DNA of 64,000 bases. It comes from Camelus ferus. Taxonomy: Eukaryota. The notes beneath the pieces were generated by a model. It was not told where the DNA came from. It did no database searches and worked only from the letters and a program-made list of their open reading frames with translations. Numbering within the stretch: the stretch's first letter is position 1; each line of letters starts with the position of its first letter. Shown piece after piece: positions 38,925-51,798 of this stretch. Location: the NCBI RefSeq assembly GCF_009834535.1, contig NC_045697.1, positions 77,874,001 through 77,938,000 on the forward strand, in the 5' to 3' direction. The translations under genes were made by a program, and so were the position numbers.

Positions 38925-39070
38925 TTAGTAACTTGAGAGAAATGCAAATTCTTAGGTCCTATTCCAGACCTGCTGACACGGAATCTCTAAGGATGGGGTT
39001 CAAGGTTATGTGATTAACAGACTTTCCAGGTGTTGCTGATTTATGCTCAAACTTGAGAATCATGATTCTA
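38925..39070. mobile_element. MER5A hAT-Charlie fragment
   Basis: agaaatgcaaattcttaggtcc...ccagacctgctga...gaatctct...ccaggtg...caaacttgagaatcatg. Confidence 0.8.
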
Positions 39071-40775
39071 AACGATACTGCTCTTCCTCAGAAGTGTCCA
39101 GTACCACTGAGCAGTGGGTTGGGGCTACAGAGTAACACTATTTGTGGGAAATGAAAAGTGCATCCACTTAATTCTCAAAATATTGTCTCTATAATAACCA
39201 GCAAAAATTCACTCCCAGTCCAGTATTCTGATCATGTGACTCAGACTTAAAGAAAACAAGTGGTACCAAAGTGGAACGATTACATAACCATCAAGTGTGT
39301 TGGAAAAAGAAGGGTAGGATACTGATCTTTCAACAGTTAAATACATAGTGGTTCATCAGGTACCCTAACCTTTGGATCACTGGATTACTTCCTTACTTCT
39401 ACTTATGCTACCTCACTTAGCCAATTCTTTGTCCCTTATAACCAATACCTGTTCCTTCTAATCTTTTCACCTACCATAAATGTGCAGCCCACTTGGGTTC
39501 TGACCAAATTATCTGTCATTCTTTCTAAACTTTCATTAGCCTCTTCACTAATCTGATCTTCAGAGCAACAGCTATTCTTCATAAGTATCCTAAGAAAACA
39601 CTGACTGGACAGTTGCTGTTCTATCCATCCAGGAAAATAGAGAATCATTAAAATTAGAAAATTCTCAAGTTTCAAATGCCAGCACAAAATTCTATAATTT
39701 TTCACTCAATAAACACTCTGAATAAGACACTACATTTCTCAATATATTATTTATATTCTTATTAAGGGAGGCCGAATGCTCCAAAATAGAAATCCTTCTA
39801 AATAAGATCAGGAATTGAGAAAATAGAAGAAATCAGCTCTCTGAACTAAAAACAAACTCTGTATCATGTCACATTAGTACAAATCATATGATGCCAAAGG
39901 TGTTTATTCTTATTTCTCTCTCCAATACCAGTTCATCCTCTAATCAATTGCTGGGAGAGAAGTCAAGATATAATTACATCATTCTTCATTCACAAAATGA
40001 CTTCAAACAGAACAGCACTCAATGCATCAGTATTGCTAATTCAGTAACTTAAAGGTCTTACTTTATTTCAAACTTTCAAAATGTAATTTGGAAAGACAAG
40101 ATTCCCATCTAAGATTCTTTCCGAAACCCCGGCTCAATTCTGAGGAATAGCAGATTTTTCTGAGAACATCATTTCAAAAGGTTCTAGAATCTTTTCTAAG
40201 GAAGAAGAAATTGGATTCTTTAAACTTTGAAGTGTTAGTAGTAACTTCATTTTTGAGGAACAAAATCCATTTTTATTTATCAATATTACTGGGAAATGTA
40301 TAAAAAAGATGTTTTCATGGGGAACACAAGTTCAATTCGAATGTTTTAAGCATTCATGAAAACTTTATATTTCTTATTCATATCAAATGTAAAAAAATCA
40401 GTAAGATACACTTATAATGGTGCATTTGTATATTATAATGAGCTTGTGAACCTAAAATTTAAGTTTCTACTTGTCAATACTAACCATACAGCTAAATGGC
40501 TTTTATCTGAAATTTTGCCTTAGCAATTTTTCAAATGCACACCTTAATGTTCTGTCTTCCCTTTTACTACTGAATGTACAAAAGCACTAATACATCATTG
40601 TGAACAGACCTCTTTGATTGGGCCTCAACAGTAATGTGTTTTCTTAATTGTTTAATGGGAGGATTCTCATTAACACTGAAGTCTACAATCCCTATATTAG
40701 TACTTACAGTCAAAGGAAACTAGTCTATGGTTTTTAATTAACTGTGGGCTTTTTTTTTTTTTTTTAATTTCTTAG

Positions 40776-40926
40776 AGCTCAACTTCTAAATTATAAGGAG
40801 GCTCTGAACTTGACCAAGTATCTCAAAATGGAAGAAGACTTTTTACCATGGGAGCGAGTCATTTCAGCTGTAACCTATATCATTAGCATGTTTGAAGATG
40901 ATAGAGAGATATACCCTATGATTGAG
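40776..40926 (+). CDS. ENPEP: ENPEP exon 14 (AQLLNYKEALNLTKYLKMEEDFLPWERVISAVTYIISMFEDDREIYPMIE)
   Basis: poly-T tract then cttag|A acceptor, GAG|gtacgg donor, 151 nt. Confidence 0.95.
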
Positions 40927-41938
40927 GTACGGTTAATGCCATATCTTATGAAAGTAGATGTTTAGCCATTAGCAGGAAAGTTTTCTGAAAGGGAGCTCCT
41001 GGGAGATACAAAAGCATATCTTGTCTTCCAAGTGGATTAAAAGGAAATTACAATGACTTGACTCATTAAACCAAAGAGATGCTATTTTTTTTCAACTTAA
41101 AATGTATCAGTATTTCTGGTTCAATATACCACTTTAAGGTGTATTTTAGTGTTCGAAAGAATACAATTAACTCATATTTTACTTAAAATAGATAACATTT
41201 TAGACCACAGATATGAACTAGATCCTATTTTAAATTGATTTATCTGTTAAAATGAATTTATTCTTATCAAAATGTAACACCATTTTTCTGTATTCTTACT
41301 GCTGTTAATTGTACATTGAGATTTTATTATAAGATAGTCATCCTAAATATTTTTCTTGGCTTTGTGACTTCTGTAGCACTTTGGCAGGACATTTGTAATT
41401 TTAAACAAATTCTGGATTCCAATTTCTAGTTCTTCCACTTTCTTTACAAAAGAATTTGGGACAAATGGTTTCATATTTGTGAGTCTTTATTTCCTTTGTA
41501 CATAACATCAGCACTTGGCTGCCTATGGTAATGTGATAGTGAGGATCATATAATATAAATGTCCTCTGTAAGTCCAAAGGCAATATACAAATACTAGTTA
41601 GTATTATTTCATCAATACCTGAGCAATCTTCCTTAGTGCAGCAAGTATGTCAGATGTTTTTCTGTTTATTACAAATGTTAACTAAGAAGTGGAGGTTAAA
41701 AGGGGCTTACCCAAAGCTCTATAAACCATTAGGGAGTGATCCAGGATGTTTTTATCTTTAGAAATAAAGTAAAATTGCAATGTGATAAGAACTGAATACA
41801 TCCCTTGCCTAAGGACAGGCCCAAAGTTCTCTAAACTTGTAGGGGAAAATATTACAACGGTGAGCTATAGATTATAATAAACAGGAGACTTAATAAATAG
41901 TATATTATTACTCATTGTGCATGGTGCTTTTATTTCAG

Positions 41939-42012
41939 AAATACTTCCGAGATCAAGTGAAGCCCACTGCAGATTCTCTGGGATGGGATGACACTGGAGA
42001 CCATATCACAAA
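41939..42012 (+). CDS. ENPEP: ENPEP exon 15 (KYFRDQVKPTADSLGWDDTGDHITK)
   Basis: tttcag|AAA acceptor; donor AAA|gttatt is weak (see findings); 74 nt keeps the frame into exon 16. Confidence 0.9.
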
Positions 42013-42110
42013 GTTATTTTTTACCTTTTTAAAATTAATATTCATTTAGTGTTTGTGTTAAGACATGTTGAAAAGTGCTTAAGGCCCCAGCTCTCTGTTT
42101 GTTATCTTAG

Positions 42111-42215
42111 GTTACTCCGTGCCTCTGTGTTAGGGCTTGCATGCAAGATGGGAGACAGTGATGCCTTGAACAATGCTTCCCAGTTATTTCAGAAGTGGCT
42201 AACTGGGACTTTAAG
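42111..42215 (+). CDS. ENPEP: ENPEP exon 16 (LLRASVLGLACKMGDSDALNNASQLFQKWLTGTL)
   Basis: tcttag|G acceptor, AAG|gtgact donor, 105 nt. Confidence 0.94.
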
Positions 42216-42303
42216 GTGACTGTTCATCATTTTTTCATTTCTAGAAGACTTTAAACTGAGAAATGAGGAGTTAAAATCTCTGAAACACCACTTCTTCTTC
42301 TAG

Positions 42304-42474
42304 TCTTCCTGTAAACCTCAGGCTTCTGGTATATCGGTATGGAATGCAGAACTCTGGCAATGAGACTTCATGGAACTACACTCTTGAGCAATACGAGAAA
42401 ACTTCATTAGCTCAAGAAAAAGAAAAGCTACTATATGGATTAGCATCCGTGAAGAATGTTACTCTTTTGTCAAG
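42304..42474 (+). CDS. ENPEP: ENPEP exon 17 (LPVNLRLLVYRYGMQNSGNETSWNYTLEQYEKTSLAQEKEKLLYGLASVKNVTLLS)
   Basis: ttctag|T acceptor, AAG|gtaagt donor, 171 nt. Confidence 0.96.
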
Positions 42475-42589
42475 GTAAGTTGGAGCTTTTTAAAAAATTA
42501 TATGAATGGTATTTGATTATAGGTCTCAGTCTCTTTAAGATGCTAATTAAAGTATGATATGTTTCCAATAAAATCTATTTTAAAATTAT

Positions 42590-43123
42590 TTGTCTAGCAA
42601 GAAACAAAATATGCATGTAAGAGTGGCTTAAACAATAAAGACATATAATTGCAAATGAAAAAATTCTGGAAGTAGGTAGTTTCCAGTTGTGCACAATGGT
42701 TCACATTTTCTTCTAGGACCTAGGCTCTTTCTCTTTCTTTTCTGCCATCCTCAACATGCTTGGATGTCTTAGGTCTTCCAGAGCTCCAAACATCTTGTCT
42801 TCACATAAATATGTTCAATGGAAAGGACTGGAGCAAAAGAGTTCCTCCTCATAAGGTTCTGCCTTTCATGCTAAGAGGTCAGTTATCTCCACTTCCTCTC
42901 ATAATCCAGAACTGGGTCACCCTGGATCATTCTGGGTTATAGTCTGGGCTGACCACTTGATCATTTGCCAACTAGGGTGAACTTGAATTCCTTTGACTGA
43001 TTTGAGCCAATCATGATACTCTGAGGCGGGGGTAAGAGTCTCCCTTCCCTAGGATCAAGAATATCTTGATCCAAGCCCAGAACAAAACTAGTCTCTGTCA
43101 GCAGAGAAGGAGTATCTGTCACA
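42590..43123 (-). mobile_element. MaLR LTR (MLT1K/L-like)
   Basis: agtggcttaaacaataaagaca...ggacctaggctctttc...tctgccatcctcaacatg...gtatctgtcaca. Confidence 0.65.
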
Positions 43124-44368
43124 ACATGCATACACACACACACACAAAGGTATTTACATTCCACTCAGAAGGTACAAAGACTGCTTGAAGCCTATCTATG
43201 AATCTTCTCCCACTCCACAACTATGCCCCAAATCAACTAGCTTTTGCCTTATGCATTTTTTGCTTAGTTATGGTATCTGAGTTACTTACTTCATTCATTT
43301 AACCAAAACTTATGATGTCCTTTCTATGTCTATCGATTGTAGGAATAAAAATAAGTAATAATGATATATATCTTTGAGAAACTTATAGGTTTATGGGAAA
43401 GGCAGAATATAAATAGTAAATTACAATGCAGTAACCAGTTTGAAAGAACTACCAGAAGCAATTTGCTTTTACTTAGCAGGGTCAACAATACACTTTCACC
43501 ATCTTGCCTCAGAGCTATATTCCAATTCTCCTCTCTGCCCTAAGATAGTCTGTAAAGAATTTGATCATCTCAACATTCCACAAAACATCATAATTGATCC
43601 ATTACTTTGATGGCACTGTGCTGATTGTATATGGTGAGAAAATTAGCCAGTACTGAGATGCCTTACTAAGATTCTTGTGAACTAGAGGATAAAAGATAAA
43701 TTGTACAAAATTCAGGAGCCCACTCTAGTGCAGTTTCTGAAAGTCTAATGGTCTAGAGTATATTGAGATATTCCCTCTTGGTACAGCCATGCCATAAATT
43801 TAATAAAAATCTATTGATTTTATTACTTAATTTATCTTGGACTTATTTGCATTATACTATAATTTTAGCCAATTAATCTAATCATATAGACTACATTAGA
43901 AAGTTGTTTTTTCCAATCTAGGGAACAGCAAATAAAACTTAACTGTTACCCCATATAAATATGAGTATAAGTACTTTCCTTTAATTTACTGGTTCCTTTT
44001 TTTTAGTTTAATGGGATCACAGGTAAATGGATGAACTACTTCTATGCAATAAATACAAATAATTTTTTGAAAATTAATAGTTAAAATTGTAGGTTTTAAA
44101 TTGTCTTTAGTACTTCCAAAATAATTTAATTTTTAATGTTTCTATAGTTTACATTTCACTAGTCCTCAAAATCATAGGTTGTTCTTTAAAAAAAGTTAAA
44201 TATTTTAGAAAATATTAAATTGTGTTCTATCATTTGTCTTAATTAATTTTGTCAGTTGGTGACTCAAGAATTGAATTACTGAAATGAAAGCTGTGTCCTA
44301 TTGGAATTTAGCAAAGGGTGAACATTAAAAGTTTATTTTGAATTATTTTTCTGATTGGCTTCTCTTAG

Positions 44369-44509
44369 GTATTTGGATTTGCTCAAGGACTCAGATCTTA
44401 TTAAAACTCAGGATGTGTTTACAGTCATTCGATATATCTCATACAACAGCTATGGGAAGACTATGGCTTGGAATTGGATACAGCTCAACTGGGAATATCT
44501 AGTCAACAG
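44369..44509 (+). CDS. ENPEP: ENPEP exon 18 (YLDLLKDSDLIKTQDVFTVIRYISYNSYGKTMAWNWIQLNWEYLVN)
   Basis: tcttag|G acceptor, CAG|gtggga donor, 141 nt; overlaps ORF 44355..44546. Confidence 0.96.
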
Positions 44510-45579
44510 GTGGGATGATCAAATAATGGTTTGTTATTCTCCTTGATATCATCTATAAATTCTTCCTTTTTCTCTTTTCTGTACTTTCTCTGACATCTTT
44601 ACAATATTTGAAATGGCATATTACCAGAGGTAAAGGATCAGGGTATTATCCTTCCAGGGAAGCAATACACTAGTTAATTTTAGGCATAATTCCTTTTCTG
44701 GAAAGTAATGTTTCCAACTGACCTATAGAATTCTGAAATCTGGAAAGATGCCTAAATCACATTATTTTTCATTTGGTTAAAACAAGTTAATATAATTCTG
44801 TTTAATGTGCTAGCACCTAGCATAATACCAGGTACATGTTTCATTCTCAATTAATTTTTAATGAAAATTAAATAAGAACTTCTGGACCTGGATTCACATT
44901 AGAACCCTATATCTTACTGAGTTTATATAGATAATAACTTTTACTTCCCTTAACCAGATAATTAAACTTTAAATATTCTGAAACTTTCTTTAAAGGGAAT
45001 TGTATTTCCCAGGCAATGGCAGTTTTAAAATGAGAAATAGCAAGGACAAGAGATGAGCAAATTAGCTTAAGAGATGCTTTCCTAAATTTCTTACTTCTTC
45101 AGCCCCGTACAGAAGAAATATTGCTACTCTTGGCCCTGATCCTCTAAATTTACTGCTTATTTCCATTAAAAAGGTATTTCTTTGACAAAGTATAAAATAG
45201 AATATAAATTATATGTCCCAAATAAATGTGTAAACATTGACCAAAGACCTATACCACCTGTAATCCACACACCAGGAAATGGCTTCTGTCATCTCCTTCT
45301 CATCTCTCCTATCTCCCCATCAGCACTGCCTACTAGATAATGACCACCTTATCAGAAATACTAACTGCAAAGAAAACTTTTATTTCTACTCTATTTTCTA
45401 CCCTACAATTCACCAGTGTGCCTTTATGTTCATTCACATTTCTTATCCTTCTGAGATCCAGATTATATCTCTAACTCTCAACCAAGACACCCTACATTGC
45501 TTTTTCTTATTTGTGATAAATTTTTGCCTCTTCTATTCTTGCAATGATTGAGTCAATCTATGAAGATTGATTGGCATGC

Positions 45580-45611
<32 letters not shown>
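45580..45611. repeat. (TG)n microsatellite
   Basis: About 15 uninterrupted TG units. Confidence 0.95.
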
Positions 45612-45613
<2 letters not shown>

Positions 45614-47269
45614 TGTATATATATGTTGTTTTGTTCATCTGTTTATAATTGTTTCAATAAAATGTTTAGTTTAGAATTAAATCTACCTATTGAGAACATG
45701 TTGTTATTTGGAGATAATAGTTCGCATTATGCAAGGTAGTACGAAAGATTTTGAAAGATGTATGTCTAATGTTATGTACTGTATATTTTGTTTTAATTGA
45801 AGACTATAAAACTTTTTTAGTATATGCAGCAAGAAACCTATATAGATGAATAACAATGCTTACTACAAAATTATTGTGAAAATATAAGTAAATAATGTTC
45901 TGTTTTGTGTAATAAAATGAGCATTTCCTTATTGTTTATTAAACAGAATACTTCTCAAGGCCTACTTGAGTAACCCTGGTGTGATTTACTTCAAACAATT
46001 CACGTTTCATTTTTAAAAATTAGTTCATTGTTATACTTTTTAAAAAATTAAGAATTAGGAAAAACAGATGTTACATTGTCATGAAAGTCATGAATTGCTG
46101 GCCTTAAATTAACCTATTAGAACGAATACTAAATTTTTTTCAAGAAAAATAATTGATAAGCTATTTCAAGTACTAGTTCCAAAACCCTCTCCCAAGGCTT
46201 TTAATATTTCTTCAGAGCCTAATGATCTAATTCTCATAAGGTATCATTTCAAATAGACTCAAACATAAAATGACATACTAACCACATATCAGACACAAAA
46301 AAACGCCCACTATTATGGTCAGTTTGAACAAATATCATTTCCCCATTAAAATTGGATATGACAAATTAAACAGAAATGAGCCAAGCACTTTCCAAATATT
46401 TCCACACTCTTAAACATTTTCCAGACTTCAGAATGAGTGGTTTTACTGCCTCTGTTTCTGAACAATTTATTGTCATCCTAAAATAAGTAAGCATGATTTT
46501 ATATAAAGCTTTTGTTATGTGATTTTTATGATAGCAGATGGCCACACCACTAATGTCCTTTCTAGTTTGAGACTTCACCACAAAGCTCCAAAGATACTTC
46601 AGAAATTATTATTTGCTTTTATTTATTCCGGTAAACTCTTCCATGAAACTGTGAACTTGATAAGCCAGTATAGTGTGGTGTGATAAAGTCTGATTTTAAT
46701 TTATGACTATGAATGAAAAATTAAGTCAATGGGATACGATTGAAATCATTTAACACTACCTCATAAACAAAATAATTTAATGAGAACTTAAAAGTTTTGT
46801 GTGCATCAAAATCATTTCTTTTGGATAACATAATAGTAGGTAAATACTAAGTTCAAGAAGATAATTTTATATAATTACTTTTCAAAATATTTAAGATATA
46901 ATTAAATCCTTATTTTAGTTTTAGAAGTAATCAGTATGATAAATATACAGCATATTTCCTCTTAAATGGTATACTTTATATGATATTGGTTTCTTGGGAT
47001 GAATATATTTTGTTTTTATATTTCTAGTATTTATACAGGCAGTTGCAGTTTGTGTTCAGTATATTCATTGCTAGTTTCTACATATATTCTTTAATTTTTA
47101 GTCACAAAGAACAAAATAGAGGAGGAATATTATAGGAATTATAGAAAGTCACTGGAAAAATTGCTTTCTTACCTGTTACAACAGATTTTCTTTGAATCTA
47201 TAGAGTATCATTACAGAAACTTAGTATGATTTCCTTCTTTAAAGCCTCCATTTTCTTATTATAAAATGG

Positions 47270-47890
47270 GTATGTACTGTTTTGTACAAAATGCAGATAA
47301 GCAAAAATAAGGATACAAAAGTCACCTATAATTCCACAACCTAAAAATAATTCCTATTGTCTCATTGCTGTTTTCCCTTGGGTTATTTTTCTATGGCTGT
47401 TTATTTATTTACAGAAATGGAATCATATTAGGCATATGTTTTTATAACTGGTTTTTTTTTTCCATGTCATCCTGTATTGTATCTTGTGGATATCTTTTCA
47501 TATCTTTAAGTATACTTCTTCAATGTTATTTTTAATGCTCAGTCATATTTCGATGTATAGATATATCTTACTTTATTTAGCTGATCTCCATCTGTTGGAT
47601 AATAAAATTGTTTCAAACTTTCCACTGCATAAATAATGTATTGATGAATAACTTTGAAACTGAATCTCTTTGAATGACCTTGACAATTTCCTTAGGATAC
47701 AAATAATACTAAAATACAGCTATGTTAAAGGATGTGTTCATTTTTTCTGATAAATGTTGCAAAACTATCACCCAGAAAAAAAATTTTCTGTTAATTTTGC
47801 CTATTTTTCCACCCCTTGCCAATACTCGGTGCTGTCATTTAAAAAACATCCTTACTAATTGAGTACATGAAAACTGATATGTCATTTTAA
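47270..47890 (-). mobile_element. L1ME-like fragment (appears to continue at about 50430-50800)
   Basis: aaatggaatcatatt...ttgtttcaaactttccactgcataaataatg...tttccttaggata...ccttgccaatact. Confidence 0.6.
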
Positions 47891-47894
47891 ATTA

Positions 47895-50330
47895 TAATTC
47901 TTTCATCCAGTAAATATTGTGGAGCATCTACTATGTGCTGGGCACAGCACTTGGCAGTGAACATACAATAGTATTCAAGGTAAATCAGATCTGATTCTCT
48001 GTCCTCAGTGTCCTTAGTGTTTAGTTATGGACATCAATATTAAGTAAATAGTCACACAAATACATGTATACTTAAAGCTATAATAACTACACATAGAAGA
48101 GGTTCAGGGCACTGAAAGAGTAATGTAGAAACTAACCAAGTCAAGAGAAGTTGGAGGTTAAGGGCGTCCCTAAGCGAGTGATGACTGAGCTGAATTCTGA
48201 AGGACAGGCAGGAGTGAATTAGATGAACAGTAGGTGAAACATTCCTGGCTGAATGCCTACTATCAGAAAAGAGGAAAGATAAGGACCAAGCTTTTCAGGG
48301 TCACATCAAGATTTGGGCTTTTGTTCTAAGAGCAATTATTAGTCACTACAGGATTTAAGTAATAAAGTAAAATAATCAATTTTACATCAAAAAGAAAGCT
48401 CTGATGGTAAAGTACAAACTTAGATGATGGCCAGAGTGAATCTGGGGAAAGCAATTAGAGAGCTATTGGAGTAGTCCCACAAAACAGTGGTAGATTGGAC
48501 TATGGATGTGATGGTGAAGATGAAGAGATAAGAGCAACATTCAGAACCTGGTAGATTAGAAATGGGAGACAAGCAAAGTGACTTCTAATATCTAGATTTC
48601 TAGAAAACATAAGGTTTATAGAAAGAGAACAATGAGTCCAGTTTGCTACATAGGATGCCTTTGAGTCTCTTTTGAGATGTTAAAATGGAGATGGTTTCAA
48701 GGAAGTTACAGTCCCCTGTCAAATGCTGCTTAAGTTTTGATTAAATCCAAGACTTAAAAAAATGCCCATTTAAAAAATTTATCAGCATAACAACTACTGG
48801 TAACTCTAAAAAGAGTTTTTCAGTGGAGTGATGGGAAGCAGAACTCAAATTTAAGCAAATCAATATATCAGTAAGCAGTGAGACGATGGAAACAAGAAAA
48901 ATAGAGAAGTCTCTTGAAGAGTTTCACTATGGATGAGGAAGTGAGAAGAAGAATATTAAGAGTGATGCCAGATCAAGGCAGAGGATTATTTTTCCTTTTC
49001 TTTATGGAAGATATTTTAATATGTTTAATATACTTAGAAGCTGATGAAAAAGATCCAGTGATGAATGAGAGATTTAATGTGTAAGACAGAAAAAAAGATT
49101 TTTTAAAAAACAAAATTTTTGAGAAAGCAGGGGAGAAACAGGAACCAAAGCACAGACGATAGGAGGAAAACAGGTACATGTGTATGTCTGTAAGCTAAAA
49201 GATGTAGGAGCTACTATACATTTTCTCTCTGAATTAGAAGGCAGGGTTATTTTTGTAGGGATGGAGGGAAGAGAGGGGAATGTTTGGAAGCTGTAAGAGA
49301 GTGAAAACATTTTTAAAAAGCATTCAAAGAGGAAGAGAGTGAGTTCGCTAGGGTACTGTAGGCTTGTCAATGCAGAGGGCCCTTTTATGACTGATATCCA
49401 TAAACTGATAGTGAAACAATATGGGGAAAGTTGGGTGACCTCCCTTGACAGAACGAGTCCACCTGGTACAAACAGTGGAAATGGGCAGTTGATTTAATTC
49501 TGAGCTGGAGTTTTGTGAGACACAAATTATTAAAATATAAAGGAGTTTTTAGGGCTTAGGAAAAAATGTTACTGACAATGACAGACCATGGAATCTAAAC
49601 TATAGAAAGAAGTAAGTGAACGAAAAGGGAAGAGCTGATGATTCCGGAAAAAGTAGGGGTAGGGATGGTAAGGGGGCCAGAAATCCAGATAAAGTCAAAA
49701 AATGGCCATAGTGGAAACTGAAAGGGAAATTATATCATGGAGCATGCACAAATTAATCATCTTAGAGGCAGAGTATTTATGGATAATCACAAGGTATGAC
49801 CATGGGAATTGGTGGCTGAGGTAGAATGGAGAAATATCATTGGAATTGAGGAGGTCAAGAAACTAAGAAGTTAAGCTGTATATATCACCACCAATGTGGA
49901 CCTTGAAATCATGGCCTGGAGTAGAGCAGACCACCAGGAGCCAAGTGCCAACATGTATCATAAATGAGGTGAGGGGAAATAACCTGAAGGAACAGAGGTT
50001 CTTAAAGAGAGTGGAGGAATAATGATTTGGAATCCACAATGAGGAGCATGACCACACCACCTCCCTTTCTGACCTGATGCTATGGAGGATGTGGGGAAAT
50101 AAACATTCTCCAAATGAGTAGGAGTATTCCCTGTAAAGGAGTAGTTCCAGAGGGCTGGGTGGAGGGCCTGAGAGGTTGGGGAGCTTTAGATGGCTAAGTC
50201 AGAGGTAAGGAGGTACAGACATTACAGAGGCAGTGTTGAGTATAGATGCCTGAGAGAATTATATTGTGGATAATGACTGATGCCAGTAAGTAAAGGGTAA
50301 CAGCTTGCCTTAGACTTCCAAGAGAAGAAA
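47895..50330 (-). mobile_element. Long L2 fragment nested in the L1ME
   Basis: Reverse L2 3' end (catccagtaaatattgtggagcatctactatgtgctgggcac) followed by the purine-rich antisense L2 body. Confidence 0.7.
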
Positions 50331-51084
50331 GATAAAAAACAAAATGGATTTAAATTCAATGGTATGTGTGATAAGAGTAAGTATTGCATCTAGAACACTG
50401 AAATCATGGATAACTATTAGAACATTTCCTGTTTCAACTGGTACATTTTCTCTTTGTATTTCTTTTGCAAACTGCTGATTCATTCCTTTGCTAACTTCAT
50501 GTTGGCATATTTCTCCCTGTTGCCAATCTATAAGGGTTCTTTATATAGGGAACATATTTGCTCTTTTTACAACAAAATAATAAATTTTGACTTTTAATTT
50601 TATGGCACTGTTTTTAGAATAAAATTTTTAATGTGTCTGCAACAGACTTTATTGGGTTTTATCTTCATGATTTCTGCTTTTATGTAATAAGTTTTAAATG
50701 TAAAATTTCTCCTACTGTTTTGTTTACCTCTTTATATACTGATATATTTTCTTTTATCCTTCTCCAACATTCCAACAGTAAGGTTTATACGTAATTCTTG
50801 TGGTTGTTTTCCTTACACTGTGATTAGTCAGGATGAAGTTTTTGTCTGTATTACAATCATTTGTATTTTGGTCTATATGGAAATTTCTGATTCTTGCTCT
50901 TTAAGAGAGAAAATCCAAAAGGGACAGGAATAGAATATCATCTCTAAAGTGCTATCTTTGCACTTAGCTTCAAGTGTCTTTGCTTGCCAGGCTCACATAG
51001 TATAACTCCAAAAATGCAGGTAGCTAATAAAGCTTTTTGAAAACAGAATAAATACCCTATATTCAAATTTCTGTACCTTTACAA

Positions 51085-51482
51085 TAAAGGTGATGAAGCT
51101 ATTCTGCTGTAACAGAAAGAAAGAAATGCAGCAGCTTAAAGGACATATGTAATTATTTCTTCACTCAGGTTAGTCTCCTGAAGTGAACATTCTAAGCTGT
51201 TAGGGTAATTCTGCTCCATGCGGCCTAGGATTGTATTCTATCTGTGAGGTTGAAGCTTGGAGGAAGGGGAGAAAGAAAACAAGAAGTCCAAGCCAAGCAA
51301 TTTCCCTTTATTTAAGCAAGAGGCAGAACTCACTTCTGTTCATGTTCCACTGATAGTAACTGGGTCACCTGGCTGCATCTAGCTATGAGGAAGGCTGAGA
51401 AATGTAATCTGAGTGGGGTTCTCATGTGTGCAGGAGAAAAAGGAGAACAGATTTGAGGAATACAATAAGCAGTCTACCATAT
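51085..51482 (-). mobile_element. MaLR LTR (MLT1I/J-like)
   Basis: gctattctgctgtaaca...gtcacctggctgcatctagctatgaggaaggctgagaaatgtaatct. Confidence 0.65.
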
Positions 51483-51719
51483 CTGGGAAAGTGGTGTGGA
51501 TCTGTCTACAAAAATAAGTGTAGAATTTGCTGAGAATTTCTCCTGAATAGAATTAAATTAGATACTTTACTTCCTGTGTTTTCCTTTCTTTGAAAATTAC
51601 TTAAAAACAAACAAACAAACAAAAACCCTGCGCAATAAAAAGGAATGTCTGCATCTAGAAAAATGATTTAAAGTTCTGGGCACTTATATTCCCTTTTACT
51701 CCCCTAAATTTCTCTTCAG

Positions 51720-51798
51720 ATATACAATCAATGACAGAAACCTTGGCCGGATTGTCACGATAGCAGAGCCATTCAACACTGAACTACAGCTCTGGCAG
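51720..51798 (+). CDS. ENPEP: ENPEP exon 19 (YTINDRNLGRIVTIAEPFNTELQLWQ)
   Basis: cttcag|A acceptor, CAG|gtatga donor, 79 nt. Confidence 0.95.

Noticed and set aside
38579..39013. 144-aa ORF
   Set aside because: Runs across an LTR16A-MER5A junction and is repeat-derived.
42003..42110. Intron 15 as a U12-type (AT-AC or GT-AG minor) intron
   Set aside because: No RTATCCTT 5' signature (ATATCAC and GTTATTT do not fit) and no TTCCTTAAC branch motif.
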